Under the pieces are notes generated by a model. The model saw nothing but the letters and a program-made list of their open reading frames with translations, did not search any database and was not told the DNA's origin. Shown in pieces: positions 18,294 through 26,715 of a stretch of DNA of 48,962 bases. The position numbers were made by a program, and so were the translations under genes. Origin of the DNA: Planctomycetota bacterium (GTDB lineage: Bacteria; Planctomycetota; UBA11346); the NCBI GenBank assembly GCA_038203025.1, contig JBBREK010000003.1:1-48962 (forward strand), given 5' to 3'. Numbering within the stretch: position 1 is the stretch's first letter; every line of letters starts with the position of its first letter.

Positions 18294-19360
18294 ACCGCAT
18301 CCCCGTCTTCGCCGCCCTCGCGCTGCTCGCCGCCTGCACCGCCGCCCCGGTCAAGCCACCGGAACCGCCGCTGGTCGGCACGCTAGCGGCCCAGCCGGCC
18401 GGCGGCCTGGTGCCGGTGGTCAGCTATGTCGGCACCCTGGCGGGCGACGTCGAGGTCGACCTGGCCTTCAAGACGGGCGGGCACATCGCCGCCATCGGTC
18501 CCGAGGCCGGTCGCGACTGGCGCGAGGGAGACACGGTGGCGGCCGGCACGGTGCTGGCCCGCCTGGATCCCGCCGAACTGGTCGAGACGGTGCACGCCGC
18601 CCAGGCGCGGGCGAGCAACGACGCCGGCCTGCACGACCGCGGCGTGAAGCTGATGGCCGACCGCCTGATCAGCCAACAGGACCTCGACAAACTGGCGGCG
18701 GCAAAGGACGCCAGCGCCGCCGACCTGCGCCGCTCCCAGGCCGGCCTGGCCGAGGCGGTGATCAGCGCCCCCTTCGCCGGCACCGTGCTGCGGCGTGGCG
18801 CCCGCGGCGGCGAAAACGCCGCTGATGGGCAGATGGTGCTGCGCCTGGCCGACCTCTCGCGCATGAGCGTCGAGCTGGGCGTGCCCGAGCAGGTGGTCGG
18901 ACGGCTGAAGCCAGGTCAGGACCTTGCCCTCAGCCTGCCCGCCTTCCCTGGCCAAGCCTTCGCCGGCGCGGTCAGCGAGGTCGGCGCGTCGGCATCCAGC
19001 AGCTCGCGCCTGTTCCGCGTCCGCATCGCGGTGGCCAACCCCGACGGCCGGTTGCGCCCAGGCATGAGCGCCACCGTCGCCATACCCGGCGACCTGCCAC
19101 CGCCCGGTGCCGTCACCGTGCCGCTCTCCGCGCTGCTCTCCGATACCGAGGGGCGCAACTTCCAGGTCATGGTCGTAAACGATGGAATCGCGCGGGCCAA
19201 GCCAGTGACCGTGGTCGACGTCATCGGCAGCGCTGCGGTGGTCAGCGTTGGGCTGACCGTCGGCGAGAGTGTGGTGGTTGCCGGCGCCGGACTGTGCGCC
19301 GATGGCCAACGGGTAACCGCCCGCCCGCACGACCCCGACGCGCTGTACCGGAGGCCCTGA
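18290..19360 (+). CDS. Efflux RND transporter periplasmic adaptor subunit (MFP)
   Basis: Lipoprotein signal MNRIPVFAALALLAAC, followed by a coiled-coil hairpin, lipoyl and beta-barrel layout (ARLDPAELV...LISQQDLD...APFAGTV). The start is at ATG 18290, within ORF 17852..19360. Confidence 0.8.
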   Translation: MNRIPVFAALALLAACTAAPVKPPEPPLVGTLAAQPAGGLVPVVSYVGTLAGDVEVDLAFKTGGHIAAIGPEAGRDWREGDTVAAGTVLARLDPAELVETVHAAQARASNDAGLHDRGVKLMADRLISQQDLDKLAAAKDASAADLRRSQAGLAEAVISAPFAGTVLRRGARGGENAADGQMVLRLADLSRMSVELGVPEQVVGRLKPGQDLALSLPAFPGQAFAGAVSEVGASASSSSRLFRVRIAVANPDGRLRPGMSATVAIPGDLPPPGAVTVPLSALLSDTEGRNFQVMVVNDGIARAKPVTVVDVIGSAAVVSVGLTVGESVVVAGAGLCADGQRVTARPHDPDALYRRP

Positions 19361-19361
19361 C

Positions 19362-22300
19362 ATGGATCACGGCGTCCCGCCCGGAGCCGGCGGCCTCGGC
19401 CGCTACCTCACCACCTACCGCGGGATCGGTTGGCTGGTGCTTATCGGCCTGCTCTCCTGGGGCGCGCTGGCCTACCACCGCCTGGCCCAGCAGGAGGACC
19501 CCGAGTTTCCCGAGCGCACCGCCCAGCTGGTGACGGTGTGGCCGGGCGCCACCGCCACGCAGATCGAGGACCTGGTGACCAGGCCGCTGGAAGACGCGCT
19601 GGGTGGCAACGCCTGCGTCGAAGAGCTGAGCAGCGAGTCGCGGGTCGGCGTGTCGATCGTGCGCATTCTGCAGCGCTACGCCGCCCAGCCTGCCATCGAC
19701 CAGCAGTGGGACGACCTGCGCGCCCGCCTCGCCCACGTCGACCTGCCCAACGGCAGTCACCAACCGGAACTCGACACCGACTTCGGCAAGGTCTCGACCC
19801 TGCTGCTGGCGGTGGCCTCCGACCCTATGCCCCAGGGCGAGGCGGCGGCGCGGGCGGCTGCGATCCGCAACCGCCTAGCGACGCTGCGCGGCGGAGCCGG
19901 CGGCGCCGGCCGGGCCTGCGTCGTCGGGCTGTTCCCGTCCGAGCTGGGCGCCGAGCTGCGGCGTGACCTTGCCGGGCGCTTCTCCGAAGCGCTGATCGCT
20001 TCCGACCTGGGCAGCGATTGCCACGTGCTGCATGCCGACGGATTTTCGCTGGGCGACTTCGCCACCACCGCGACGCGCGAGCAACTGGACACGATGCTGG
20101 CACGCTACGTCCGCTCGATCGCCGCCGACAGCCTGCTGCATCCCGACGTGCCGTTGCCTTTACTGCTGGTCGGCGACGAGGACCCCCTGTCGGCGCTGCG
20201 CGCCATGGCCCTGCCAGCGCACGGCTTCCGCTCGCTGGAGCTGGCCGCCGAGTCGCTGGAGCGGCGGCTGCGCATCCTGGCCGGCGTCGGCCGGGTGACG
20301 CGTATCGGCGCGGTCCCCGAGCAGATCACCATCTCGGTGTCCAACGAGGCCCTGGTCGGCCGACACATCACTCCGCAACTGGCCCAGGCGGCGATCGAGC
20401 GGCGCAACGCCATCGTCCCAGGCGGCCAGCTGCGCGTCGAGGGTCACCGCTACCCGGTGCGCGTCCGCGGCCAGTTCACCGGCGAACGTGACATCGCCGA
20501 TACCATCGTCGATACCGCCGGCGGCCAGGCGGTGTACCTGCGCGACCTCTTCGAAGTGCGGCGCGGCTACCGTGACCCCCTCGGCTACCGCGCCGAGCTG
20601 CTGGTGCGCGACGGCGACCGGCTAGAGCAGCGACGCTCGGTGATGCTCAGCGTCGAGATGCGGCCCGGCGCGGTTATCGCCAACTTCGCCACGGCGGTGC
20701 GCGGCGAGCTGGCACGCGCCGACCTCGGCCTGCCCGACGGCATGCGCGTCAGCGTGGTCAGCGACCAGCCACGCTCGGTGGCGACGCGCATCGGCACCTT
20801 CGCCATCTGTTTCGCCGAGGCGGTGCTGATCGTCATCGCGGTCAGCCTGGCGCTGATGGACTGGCGCTCGGCGTTGGTCGTCGCCACCGCCATCCCGCTG
20901 TCGGTCGCCTTCACCCTTGCTGGCTTCTCGGTGCTGGGCATCCCGCTGCACCAGATCTCCATCGCATCGCTGATCATCGCCCTCGGCCTGCTCGTCGACT
21001 TCCCGGTGGTCGCCACCGACGGCATCAATCGCGCCATCGCTGAGGGTCATCCGCGCACCACCGCCGCCTGGCTGGGGGTGTGGCGGCTGCGCCGCCCGAT
21101 GCTCTACGGCACGCTGATCAACATCGTCGCCTTCCTGCCCCTGGCCCTGCTGCCAGAAGAGAAGGGCGCTTTCATCCTCGCCCTGCCCATCGGCGTCAGC
21201 CTGGCCCTGGCCGGCGCCCTGTTCATCGCCCTGGCCCTTACCCCGCTGGTCGGAGCCCACATTCTGGCCGGCCAGAAGGGCCTCGACGAGGGTGGCGAAC
21301 CCCGCCGCCTCCCCCCCTTCTCGTGGATCGACCACGGGCTCGCCGCGCTGATCCCACGCTATCGCCAGTTGCTCGACCACGCCCTCGACCGGCCCTTCAC
21401 CACCCTCGGCGTCGCCTACGGCCTGCTCGCAGCTAGCGCCCTGCTGGTGCCGTTCTTCGGCCAGCAGTTCTTCCCGCCAGCCGAACGCGACCAGATCGTC
21501 ATCGACATCAACCTGCCCGAGCCGGCCGCCGCCGGCAGCACCGAGCGCACCGCCCGCGCCGTACAGGCCATCGTCGCGCGCCACCCAGAGGTGATCGGCG
21601 GGGCGCTGTTCCTCGGCGGCACTGCGCCGCGCTTCTACTACAACATCCAGCCACAAGTGCCCAACGATGGCACCGCCCAGATGCTGCTGAACACCGCCAC
21701 GATGCAGGGCGTGCCGGCCCTGGTCGCCAGCCTGCGCGACGCGGTGGCTCGCGAGGTGCCAGCGGCGCGGGTGGTGGCGCGTCGGCTGGAGCAGGGCCCG
21801 CCGGTCGATCCGCCGGTGCAGCTGCGCATCACCGGCACCGATCTGCCGACCCTGCGCCGCCTCGGCGACCGCGTCGCCCAGGCCCTGCGCGACGCTGGCG
21901 CCGACCGCGTCCACGACGATCTCGGCCGGCAGATGGTCAACTTGACCATCGCCGTCGACCAGGACCGCGCCGCCCTGCTGGGCGTCGACAACGCCTCAGC
22001 CGGACTGGTCATCGCCGCAGCCTTCCAGGGCATTCCGATCACCGACCTGCGTGAGGGCGACCACCTCGTGCCGGTAGTGGTGCGACTGCGCGAGGTCGAG
22101 CGCACCGAGGCCGATCGGGTGCGCTCACTCTACGTCACCACCACGCGCGGCGACCGCCTGCCGCTGTCGGCAGTGGCCGACCTGCGCCTGGAGCCCGACT
22201 GGCCGGTGATCCGCCGCTTCGACCGCCGCCGCAGCATCACCATCGCCGGCTATCCGCCCCCTGGCGGCCTAGCCATCCCGGTGGTGGCGGCGGCCAAGCC

Positions 22301-22871
22301 GGCCATCGACGCCATCGCCCTGCCGCCCGGCTACACCATCGCCGTCGACGGTGAGGCCAAGGAGATGCACGCCTCACAGAGCGAGATGGGCGGCATCATG
22401 GGCATCAGTCTGGCGCTGATCTTCCTGCTGCTGGTGATGCAGTTCCGCTCGGTGGCCAAGGCCGGGGCGGTGATGGCGACGGTGCCGCTGGCGCTGATTG
22501 GCGCCTTCGTCGGCCTGGCCCTGTTCGGTGCCAGCCTCGGATTCATGGCCATGCTCGCCATCGTCAGCCTGGCCGGCGTGGTGGTCAGCCACATCATCGT
22601 GCTGAGCGACTACATCGAGGAGGCGCGCGAATCCGGCCTCGACCTGCGCGCCGCCCTGCTGCGTGCCGGGGCAGCGCGCATGCGCCCGGTGCTGGTCACC
22701 GTCCTGGCGACAGTCCTCGGCCTGATTCCGCTGGCGGTGCGCGGCGGCGAGCTGTGGCAGCCGCTGGCCGCCGTGCACATCGTCGGCCTACTGGCCGGCA
22801 CCACCCTGACCCTGGTGGTGCTGCCAGTGATCTACTGGGTGATGGCGACGCGACTGAAGTGGATCGCGTGA
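19362..22871 (+). CDS. Efflux RND transporter permease subunit (AcrB family)
   Basis: 1169 aa. It has two large periplasmic loops and about 12 TM segments (e.g. SLIIALGLLVDFPVV, SLAGVVVSHIIVLSDYIEE). The start is 2 nt after the MFP stop. Confidence 0.85.
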   Translation: MDHGVPPGAGGLGRYLTTYRGIGWLVLIGLLSWGALAYHRLAQQEDPEFPERTAQLVTVWPGATATQIEDLVTRPLEDALGGNACVEELSSESRVGVSIVRILQRYAAQPAIDQQWDDLRARLAHVDLPNGSHQPELDTDFGKVSTLLLAVASDPMPQGEAAARAAAIRNRLATLRGGAGGAGRACVVGLFPSELGAELRRDLAGRFSEALIASDLGSDCHVLHADGFSLGDFATTATREQLDTMLARYVRSIAADSLLHPDVPLPLLLVGDEDPLSALRAMALPAHGFRSLELAAESLERRLRILAGVGRVTRIGAVPEQITISVSNEALVGRHITPQLAQAAIERRNAIVPGGQLRVEGHRYPVRVRGQFTGERDIADTIVDTAGGQAVYLRDLFEVRRGYRDPLGYRAELLVRDGDRLEQRRSVMLSVEMRPGAVIANFATAVRGELARADLGLPDGMRVSVVSDQPRSVATRIGTFAICFAEAVLIVIAVSLALMDWRSALVVATAIPLSVAFTLAGFSVLGIPLHQISIASLIIALGLLVDFPVVATDGINRAIAEGHPRTTAAWLGVWRLRRPMLYGTLINIVAFLPLALLPEEKGAFILALPIGVSLALAGALFIALALTPLVGAHILAGQKGLDEGGEPRRLPPFSWIDHGLAALIPRYRQLLDHALDRPFTTLGVAYGLLAASALLVPFFGQQFFPPAERDQIVIDINLPEPAAAGSTERTARAVQAIVARHPEVIGGALFLGGTAPRFYYNIQPQVPNDGTAQMLLNTATMQGVPALVASLRDAVAREVPAARVVARRLEQGPPVDPPVQLRITGTDLPTLRRLGDRVAQALRDAGADRVHDDLGRQMVNLTIAVDQDRAALLGVDNASAGLVIAAAFQGIPITDLREGDHLVPVVVRLREVERTEADRVRSLYVTTTRGDRLPLSAVADLRLEPDWPVIRRFDRRRSITIAGYPPPGGLAIPVVAAAKPAIDAIALPPGYTIAVDGEAKEMHASQSEMGGIMGISLALIFLLLVMQFRSVAKAGAVMATVPLALIGAFVGLALFGASLGFMAMLAIVSLAGVVVSHIIVLSDYIEEARESGLDLRAALLRAGAARMRPVLVTVLATVLGLIPLAVRGGELWQPLAAVHIVGLLAGTTLTLVVLPVIYWVMATRLKWIA

Positions 22872-22910
22872 ATCAATCCAGGTCGTAACGGCTCAGACGG
22901 GGCCCCGTCG

Positions 22911-23058
22911 CGCAGCGATGGGGCGGGCGCCGAGCTGCGGTGGCAGCATACAATCGGCGTAGCCGAGGCCGCCACGGTTTCTGAGCGGAGCGAGGATACC
23001 GAGCTGCGACAAAGCCCGTGGGGGTAGGCCCGCACGGCCGCCGGGGGCGAAGCTCCTG
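22911..23058 (+). repeat. Diverged copy of the multi-hairpin intergenic repeat family
   Basis: GCCGAGCTGCGGTGGCAGCATACAATCGGCGTAGCCGAGGCCGCCACGGTTTCTGAGCGGAGCGAGGATACCGAGCTGCGACAAAGCCCGTGGGGGTAGGCC...GGGGGCGAAGCTCC is collinear with the 25.5-kb units. The inner stem changes from GGGC/GCCC to CGGC/GCCG. Confidence 0.7.
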
Positions 23059-23063
23059 AGCAG

Positions 23064-24212
23064 TCAGTCCGCGTCCTTGATCGCCGCCTTGCGGTCGGGC
23101 CGCCCGGCGATGACCCAGCGCAGGTAGGCGTCGAGGAAGGGCTGCAGTTCGCCGTCGAGGACGGCCTGGATCTGGCCGGTCTCGTGGCCGGTGCGCAGGT
23201 CCTTCACCATCTGGTAGGGCATCAACACGTAGGAGCGGATCTGGTAGCCCCAGCCGATCGTGCCGCGCTCGCCACCCAGGGCCTTCAACTCATCGAGACG
23301 CTCCGACTCCTTGAGCTGCTGCAGGCGGGCCGCCAGCATCTTCATCGCCGAGCCGCGGTTGGATATCTGGCTGCGCTCGGCCTGGCAGGCCACCACCACG
23401 CCGGTGGGGACGTGGGTGATGCGCACCGCCGAGTCGGTCTTGTTGACGTGCTGGCCACCGGCGCCGCCGGCGCGGTAGGTGTCGATGCGCAGATCCTTCT
23501 CGTCGATATCGATGTCGCCGACATCGTCGAGTTCGGGCGTCACCTCGACGGCGGTGAAGCTGGTCTGACGGCGGGCATTGGCGTCAAAGGGGCTAATGCG
23601 CACCAGGCGGTGCGTGCCCATCTCGCACTTCATGTAGCCGTAGCAACTCTCGCCGCTGATGCGCAGGGTGCAGCCCTTGATGCCGGCGCCTTCGCCGGGC
23701 ATCATGTCGAGAACTTCCATCTTCCAGCCTACCGCATTGCAGTGCGCGGTGTACATGCGGAAGAGCATCTCGCCCCAGTCCTGGCTTTCCGTGCCGCCGG
23801 CTCCCGGGGTGATGCGCAGGAAGACGTTGCAGGCGTCGTACTTGCCGCCCAGGGCCAGCTTCAGCTCCAGCGCCTCGTAGGCAGCGAGCAGCCGGGCATG
23901 GTCGGCATCGACCTGGGCGATGGTCGGCTGGTCGTTCTCTGATTCGGCCATCTCCAGCAGCTCCAGGCTGTCCTTGACCGCCTGGCGCATCTCCAGGCAC
24001 GGTTGAGACACCGACCTGGTGGTCTTCAGCTCTTGGAGGTGCACCTGGGCGCGGGCCTGGTCGTTCCAGAAGTCGGCCTCGCTCATGCGGGCCTCCAGCC
24101 TGGCAATCAGCTGCAGCTTGGCGTCCAGTGACACCACGCCGGCGAATTTCTCCACCTTCTGCTGCAGTTCGAGATAACGGTCGCGAAGCTCACCCATGGG
24201 GGGCGGGAGCAT
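23064..24212 (-). CDS. prfB: Peptide chain release factor 2 (single uninterrupted frame)
   Basis: SPF tripeptide (RISPFDANARRQTSF) and GGQ motif (YRAGGAGGQHVNKTDSAVRITH). The N-terminal region (MGELRDRYLELQQKVEKFAGVVSLDAKLQ...) is continuous with the body, with no in-frame stop. ATG 24197 is an alternative start. Confidence 0.9.
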   Translation of the reverse strand: MLPPPMGELRDRYLELQQKVEKFAGVVSLDAKLQLIARLEARMSEADFWNDQARAQVHLQELKTTRSVSQPCLEMRQAVKDSLELLEMAESENDQPTIAQVDADHARLLAAYEALELKLALGGKYDACNVFLRITPGAGGTESQDWGEMLFRMYTAHCNAVGWKMEVLDMMPGEGAGIKGCTLRISGESCYGYMKCEMGTHRLVRISPFDANARRQTSFTAVEVTPELDDVGDIDIDEKDLRIDTYRAGGAGGQHVNKTDSAVRITHVPTGVVVACQAERSQISNRGSAMKMLAARLQQLKESERLDELKALGGERGTIGWGYQIRSYVLMPYQMVKDLRTGHETGQIQAVLDGELQPFLDAYLRWVIAGRPDRKAAIKDAD

Positions 24213-24260
24213 CGTGCAATCCCGGCACGGGCAAGCGGGGGTCGGTAGACGCGGAGCCGA

Positions 24261-25328
24261 TCAGCCGCCACGGCGGGCGGCCACCGCAGCGGCGAGGCCG
24301 CGCAGCACCGGTACCGTGTCGTCCCAGGCCAGGCAGGCGTCGGTGATCGACTGGCCGTGGACCAGCTCGGCCGGGGCGCCGCGGCTGGGTGCGTTCTGCC
24401 GGCCGCCGACCAAGTGGCTCTCGATCATCACGCCGATGATGCCGCGTTCGCCGGCGCGCAGCTGGTCGGCCACCGCCGCACCGACCACGGTCTGCCGGCG
24501 GTGGTCCTTGGCGCTATTGCCATGGCTGCAGTCGATCATCACCCGGTCCGGCAGGCCGGCCGCGGTCAGCGCGGCGGTGGCTTTGACGACGTCGGCCGAG
24601 GCATAGTTGGGGCCGCTGGCGGCGCCGCGCAAGATGACGTGGGTGTCGGGATTGCCGCGCGTGGCGACGATCGCTGCGACCCCCTGCTTGGTCACCGAGA
24701 GGAAGCGGTGCGGGTGCGCCGCGCTGCGCATCGCGTCGATGGCGATCTGCAGGTTGCCGTCGGTCCCGTTCTTGAAGCCGACCGGCACCGACAGGCCGCT
24801 GGCCAGCTCGCGGTGCACCTGGCTCTCGGTGGTGCGGGCCCCGATCGCTCCCCAGCTGACCAGATCAGCGATGAACTGCGGGGTGATCGGATCGAGAAAC
24901 TCGCAGCCAACCGGCAGACCGAGATCAGCCAGATCGCAGAGCAGCTTGCGCGCCAAGCGCAGGCCCTTGTTGATGTGGAACGACCCGTCGAGGTCAGGAT
25001 CGTTGATCAGACCCTTCCAGCCCACCGTGGTGCGTGGCTTCTCGAAGTAGACGCGCATGACCACGCACAGCTCGCCGGCCAGGGCCTCGGCCAGCGGCTT
25101 GAGCCGGCCGGCGTACTCCAGCGCTGCCGCCGGATCATGGATCGAGCACGGCCCGACCACGACGATGCAGCGGTCGTCCTCGGCGCGCAGGATGCGCATG
25201 ACGGCCTCGCGTCCCTGCGCCACCGTCTCCGAGGCGCGCTCGGAGAGCGGCAGCTCCTCCATGAGGATGGCGGGGGGCAGCAGAGGCGAGAGGCCCTCGA
25301 TGCGCAGGTCGTCAGTGCGGTGCAGCAT
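24261..25328 (-). CDS. aroG: 3-deoxy-7-phosphoheptulonate (DAHP) synthase, class I
   Basis: 355 aa with VVVGPCSIHD, KPRTTVGWKGLINDP, and GFKNGTDGNLQIAIDA...IDCSHGNS. The isozyme (feedback specificity) is not determinable. Confidence 0.85.
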   Translation of the reverse strand: MLHRTDDLRIEGLSPLLPPAILMEELPLSERASETVAQGREAVMRILRAEDDRCIVVVGPCSIHDPAAALEYAGRLKPLAEALAGELCVVMRVYFEKPRTTVGWKGLINDPDLDGSFHINKGLRLARKLLCDLADLGLPVGCEFLDPITPQFIADLVSWGAIGARTTESQVHRELASGLSVPVGFKNGTDGNLQIAIDAMRSAAHPHRFLSVTKQGVAAIVATRGNPDTHVILRGAASGPNYASADVVKATAALTAAGLPDRVMIDCSHGNSAKDHRRQTVVGAAVADQLRAGERGIIGVMIESHLVGGRQNAPSRGAPAELVHGQSITDACLAWDDTVPVLRGLAAAVAARRGG

Positions 25329-25438
25329 GGTCGGAGGGCGGGCATGCTAGGCCCGTCGACAGCCGCGCCAGCACGCCGGTCCATCCGGTGCGCACCTGGG
25401 GTCCAGGGCTCAGCCCTGGGCGCAGCGCAGCGAGCATC

Positions 25439-25823
25439 GGCCGCCGAGGGGCAGTGGGCGGATATAATGGCGAAGCCATCCGCCCACGGTTTCGGAGCCT
25501 GCGACGAAACCGTGCCCCGACAAAGGCCGGGGGGCACTTCGTCAAAGAGGAGCGTAGCGACGACGGCCGCCGAGCGGCGGTGGGCGGATACAATGGGCGA
25601 AGCCCATCCGCCCACGGTTTCGGAACGCAGTGACGAAACCGTGCCGCGACAAAGGCCGGGGGGCACTTCGTCAAAGAGGAGCGTAGCGACGACGGCCGCC
25701 GAGCAGCGGTGGGCGGATACAATGGGCGAAGCCCATCCGCCCACGGTTTCGGAACGCAGTGACGAAACCGAGCCGCGACAAAGGCCGGGGGGCAGGCCGA
25801 AGGCCGTGGGGGCGCAAGCCCCC
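25439..25823 (+). repeat. Tandem array (about 2.7 units of 126-129 nt) of the multi-hairpin repeat family
   Basis: The units start at 25439, 25565 and 25694. Each carries GTGGGCGG-ATACA-ATGGGC-GAA-GCCCAT-CCGCCCAC and CGGTTTCG-(11 nt)-CGAAACCG. The last unit ends in GGGGGC-GCAA-GCCCCC, like the solo copy at 1.8 kb. Confidence 0.9.
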
Positions 25824-25834
25824 AAACAAACAGC

Positions 25835-26104
25835 CTAGCGGACGCGGGTGTAGCCGAGCTCCTCGACCTTGGGCATCACCCCGGCCTCCTTGCCATCGAG
25901 GGCGTAGACCTGCACCCGGACGGTGCCGTCGCGGGCGTGTTCCAGGACGACGTTGTCGACGCCCGGCAGGGCCTTCAGGGCCATCTTGTCTTCAGCCGCC
26001 TGGGTGTCGCTGACATCGACCTTCATGTAATTGAGGGCGATGGTGCGGGGCGGACCGCAGGCGGTCAGGGCGAGGGCGCAGGCGAGGATGGCAAAGCGGG
26101 TCAT
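25835..26104 (-). CDS. Small lipoprotein with a ferredoxin-like (HMA-like) fold but no CxxC
   Basis: The start is placed at ATG 26104, with AGGAG 7 nt upstream. MTRFAILACALALTAC is a lipobox. The remainder (MKVDVSD...ALKALPGVDNVVLEHARDGTVRVQVYALDGKEAG...ELGYTRV) resembles a heavy-metal-associated domain lacking the metal-binding cysteines. Confidence 0.55.
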   Translation of the reverse strand: MTRFAILACALALTACGPPRTIALNYMKVDVSDTQAAEDKMALKALPGVDNVVLEHARDGTVRVQVYALDGKEAGVMPKVEELGYTRVR

Positions 26105-26275
26105 GCGTGGACTCCTGGACGGCGTCGTATGCCCTTCCCTCCGGATCGCCACAGGCGGGCCGGGGGCGCGACGAAACGAGATCGCCGGTAGGCAAGTGAT
26201 GATTTCAATCACACCGATCGTAACTTGTACGGCCCGGGAATCACCCGTATGATGGTGGAAGTAGCGGAGGGAAAC

Positions 26276-26569
26276 ATGCGCCGACACGCCGAAATCGCCC
26301 TGCACACTGCTGAAGGGGCCTGGAATGCCCTGCTTGCGGCACGCAACGCCGCCCGTGAGACCCTGCATCTGGCCGACTCGCTCAGTATCGATCCGCGGGA
26401 GGCCCAGGCCATCCGGGAGGCGACCAGGCGGCATGTCGGCCAGGTCGAAGCGGCCCTGGTGGCGGTCGATCAGGCTTTACGCAGTGCCAAGGAGGTTAAC
26501 CAGGCGGTCGACCGGGCCGAGATCAGCGCCTTCGGCCTGCCTGTACTGCATGCGCAGGCTGGGGCTTGA
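26276..26569 (+). CDS. Hypothetical 97-aa helical protein
   Basis: ATG 26276 is preceded by GGAGG (26266-26270). A possible TTGTAC-17-TATGAT promoter lies at 26225-26253. High GC3. No family recognised. Confidence 0.45.
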   Translation: MRRHAEIALHTAEGAWNALLAARNAARETLHLADSLSIDPREAQAIREATRRHVGQVEAALVAVDQALRSAKEVNQAVDRAEISAFGLPVLHAQAGA

Positions 26570-26602
26570 GCAGGCCGCGCTGACGGCATCCTCCTGCCCA
26601 TC

Positions 26603-26687
26603 GGTGACGACTGGCGCTGACGGCCCGCCGGGCTGGACGCGGGCAACCGCGAGGGAGTCACCGAGGCATTCGCCGCGCGCCTGGGCA
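26603..26687 (+). promoter_or_regulatory. ZTP (pfl motif) riboswitch aptamer in the glyA leader
   Basis: P1 is GGUGA (26603-07) / UCACC (26658-62). GACUGGCGC is at 26609-17. There is a GNRA-capped hairpin CGCGG-GCAA-CCGCG (26638-51), and AGGGAG precedes the 3' P1 strand. After a 14-nt linker comes GCGCCUGGGCA (26677-87), able to pseudoknot with GGCGC 26613-17. It sits upstream of glyA, a classic ZTP-regulated gene. Confidence 0.75.
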
Positions 26688-26715
26688 TCCACAACCCCCG
26701 ACTGGGAGATGCCCG

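Noticed and set aside
20622-21914. 430-aa minus-strand ORF inside the RND gene
   Set aside because: It is antisense to a transporter gene with clear TM and loop organisation. Its composition is G/D/Q/A-rich.
24100-24212. Programmed +1 frameshift site in prfB
   Set aside because: I looked for an in-frame TGA preceded by CTT and an SD-like element near codons 20-30. The frame is open throughout, so no frameshift is called.
25439-25823. Possible CRISPR array
   Set aside because: The entire ~127-nt unit is repeated with no unique spacers. The unit is far longer than CRISPR repeats. No cas genes are in the window, and solo copies are dispersed elsewhere.
24357-25838. 493-aa plus-strand ORF and 272-aa minus-strand ORF (25007-25825) extending over the tandem repeats
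   Set aside because: One part is antisense to, or out of frame with, aroG. The rest is a translation of the repeat array, giving the periodic peptide repeats PPGLCRGTVSSLRSETVGGWASPIVSAHR. The repeats also occur in spacers where no ORF is possible.
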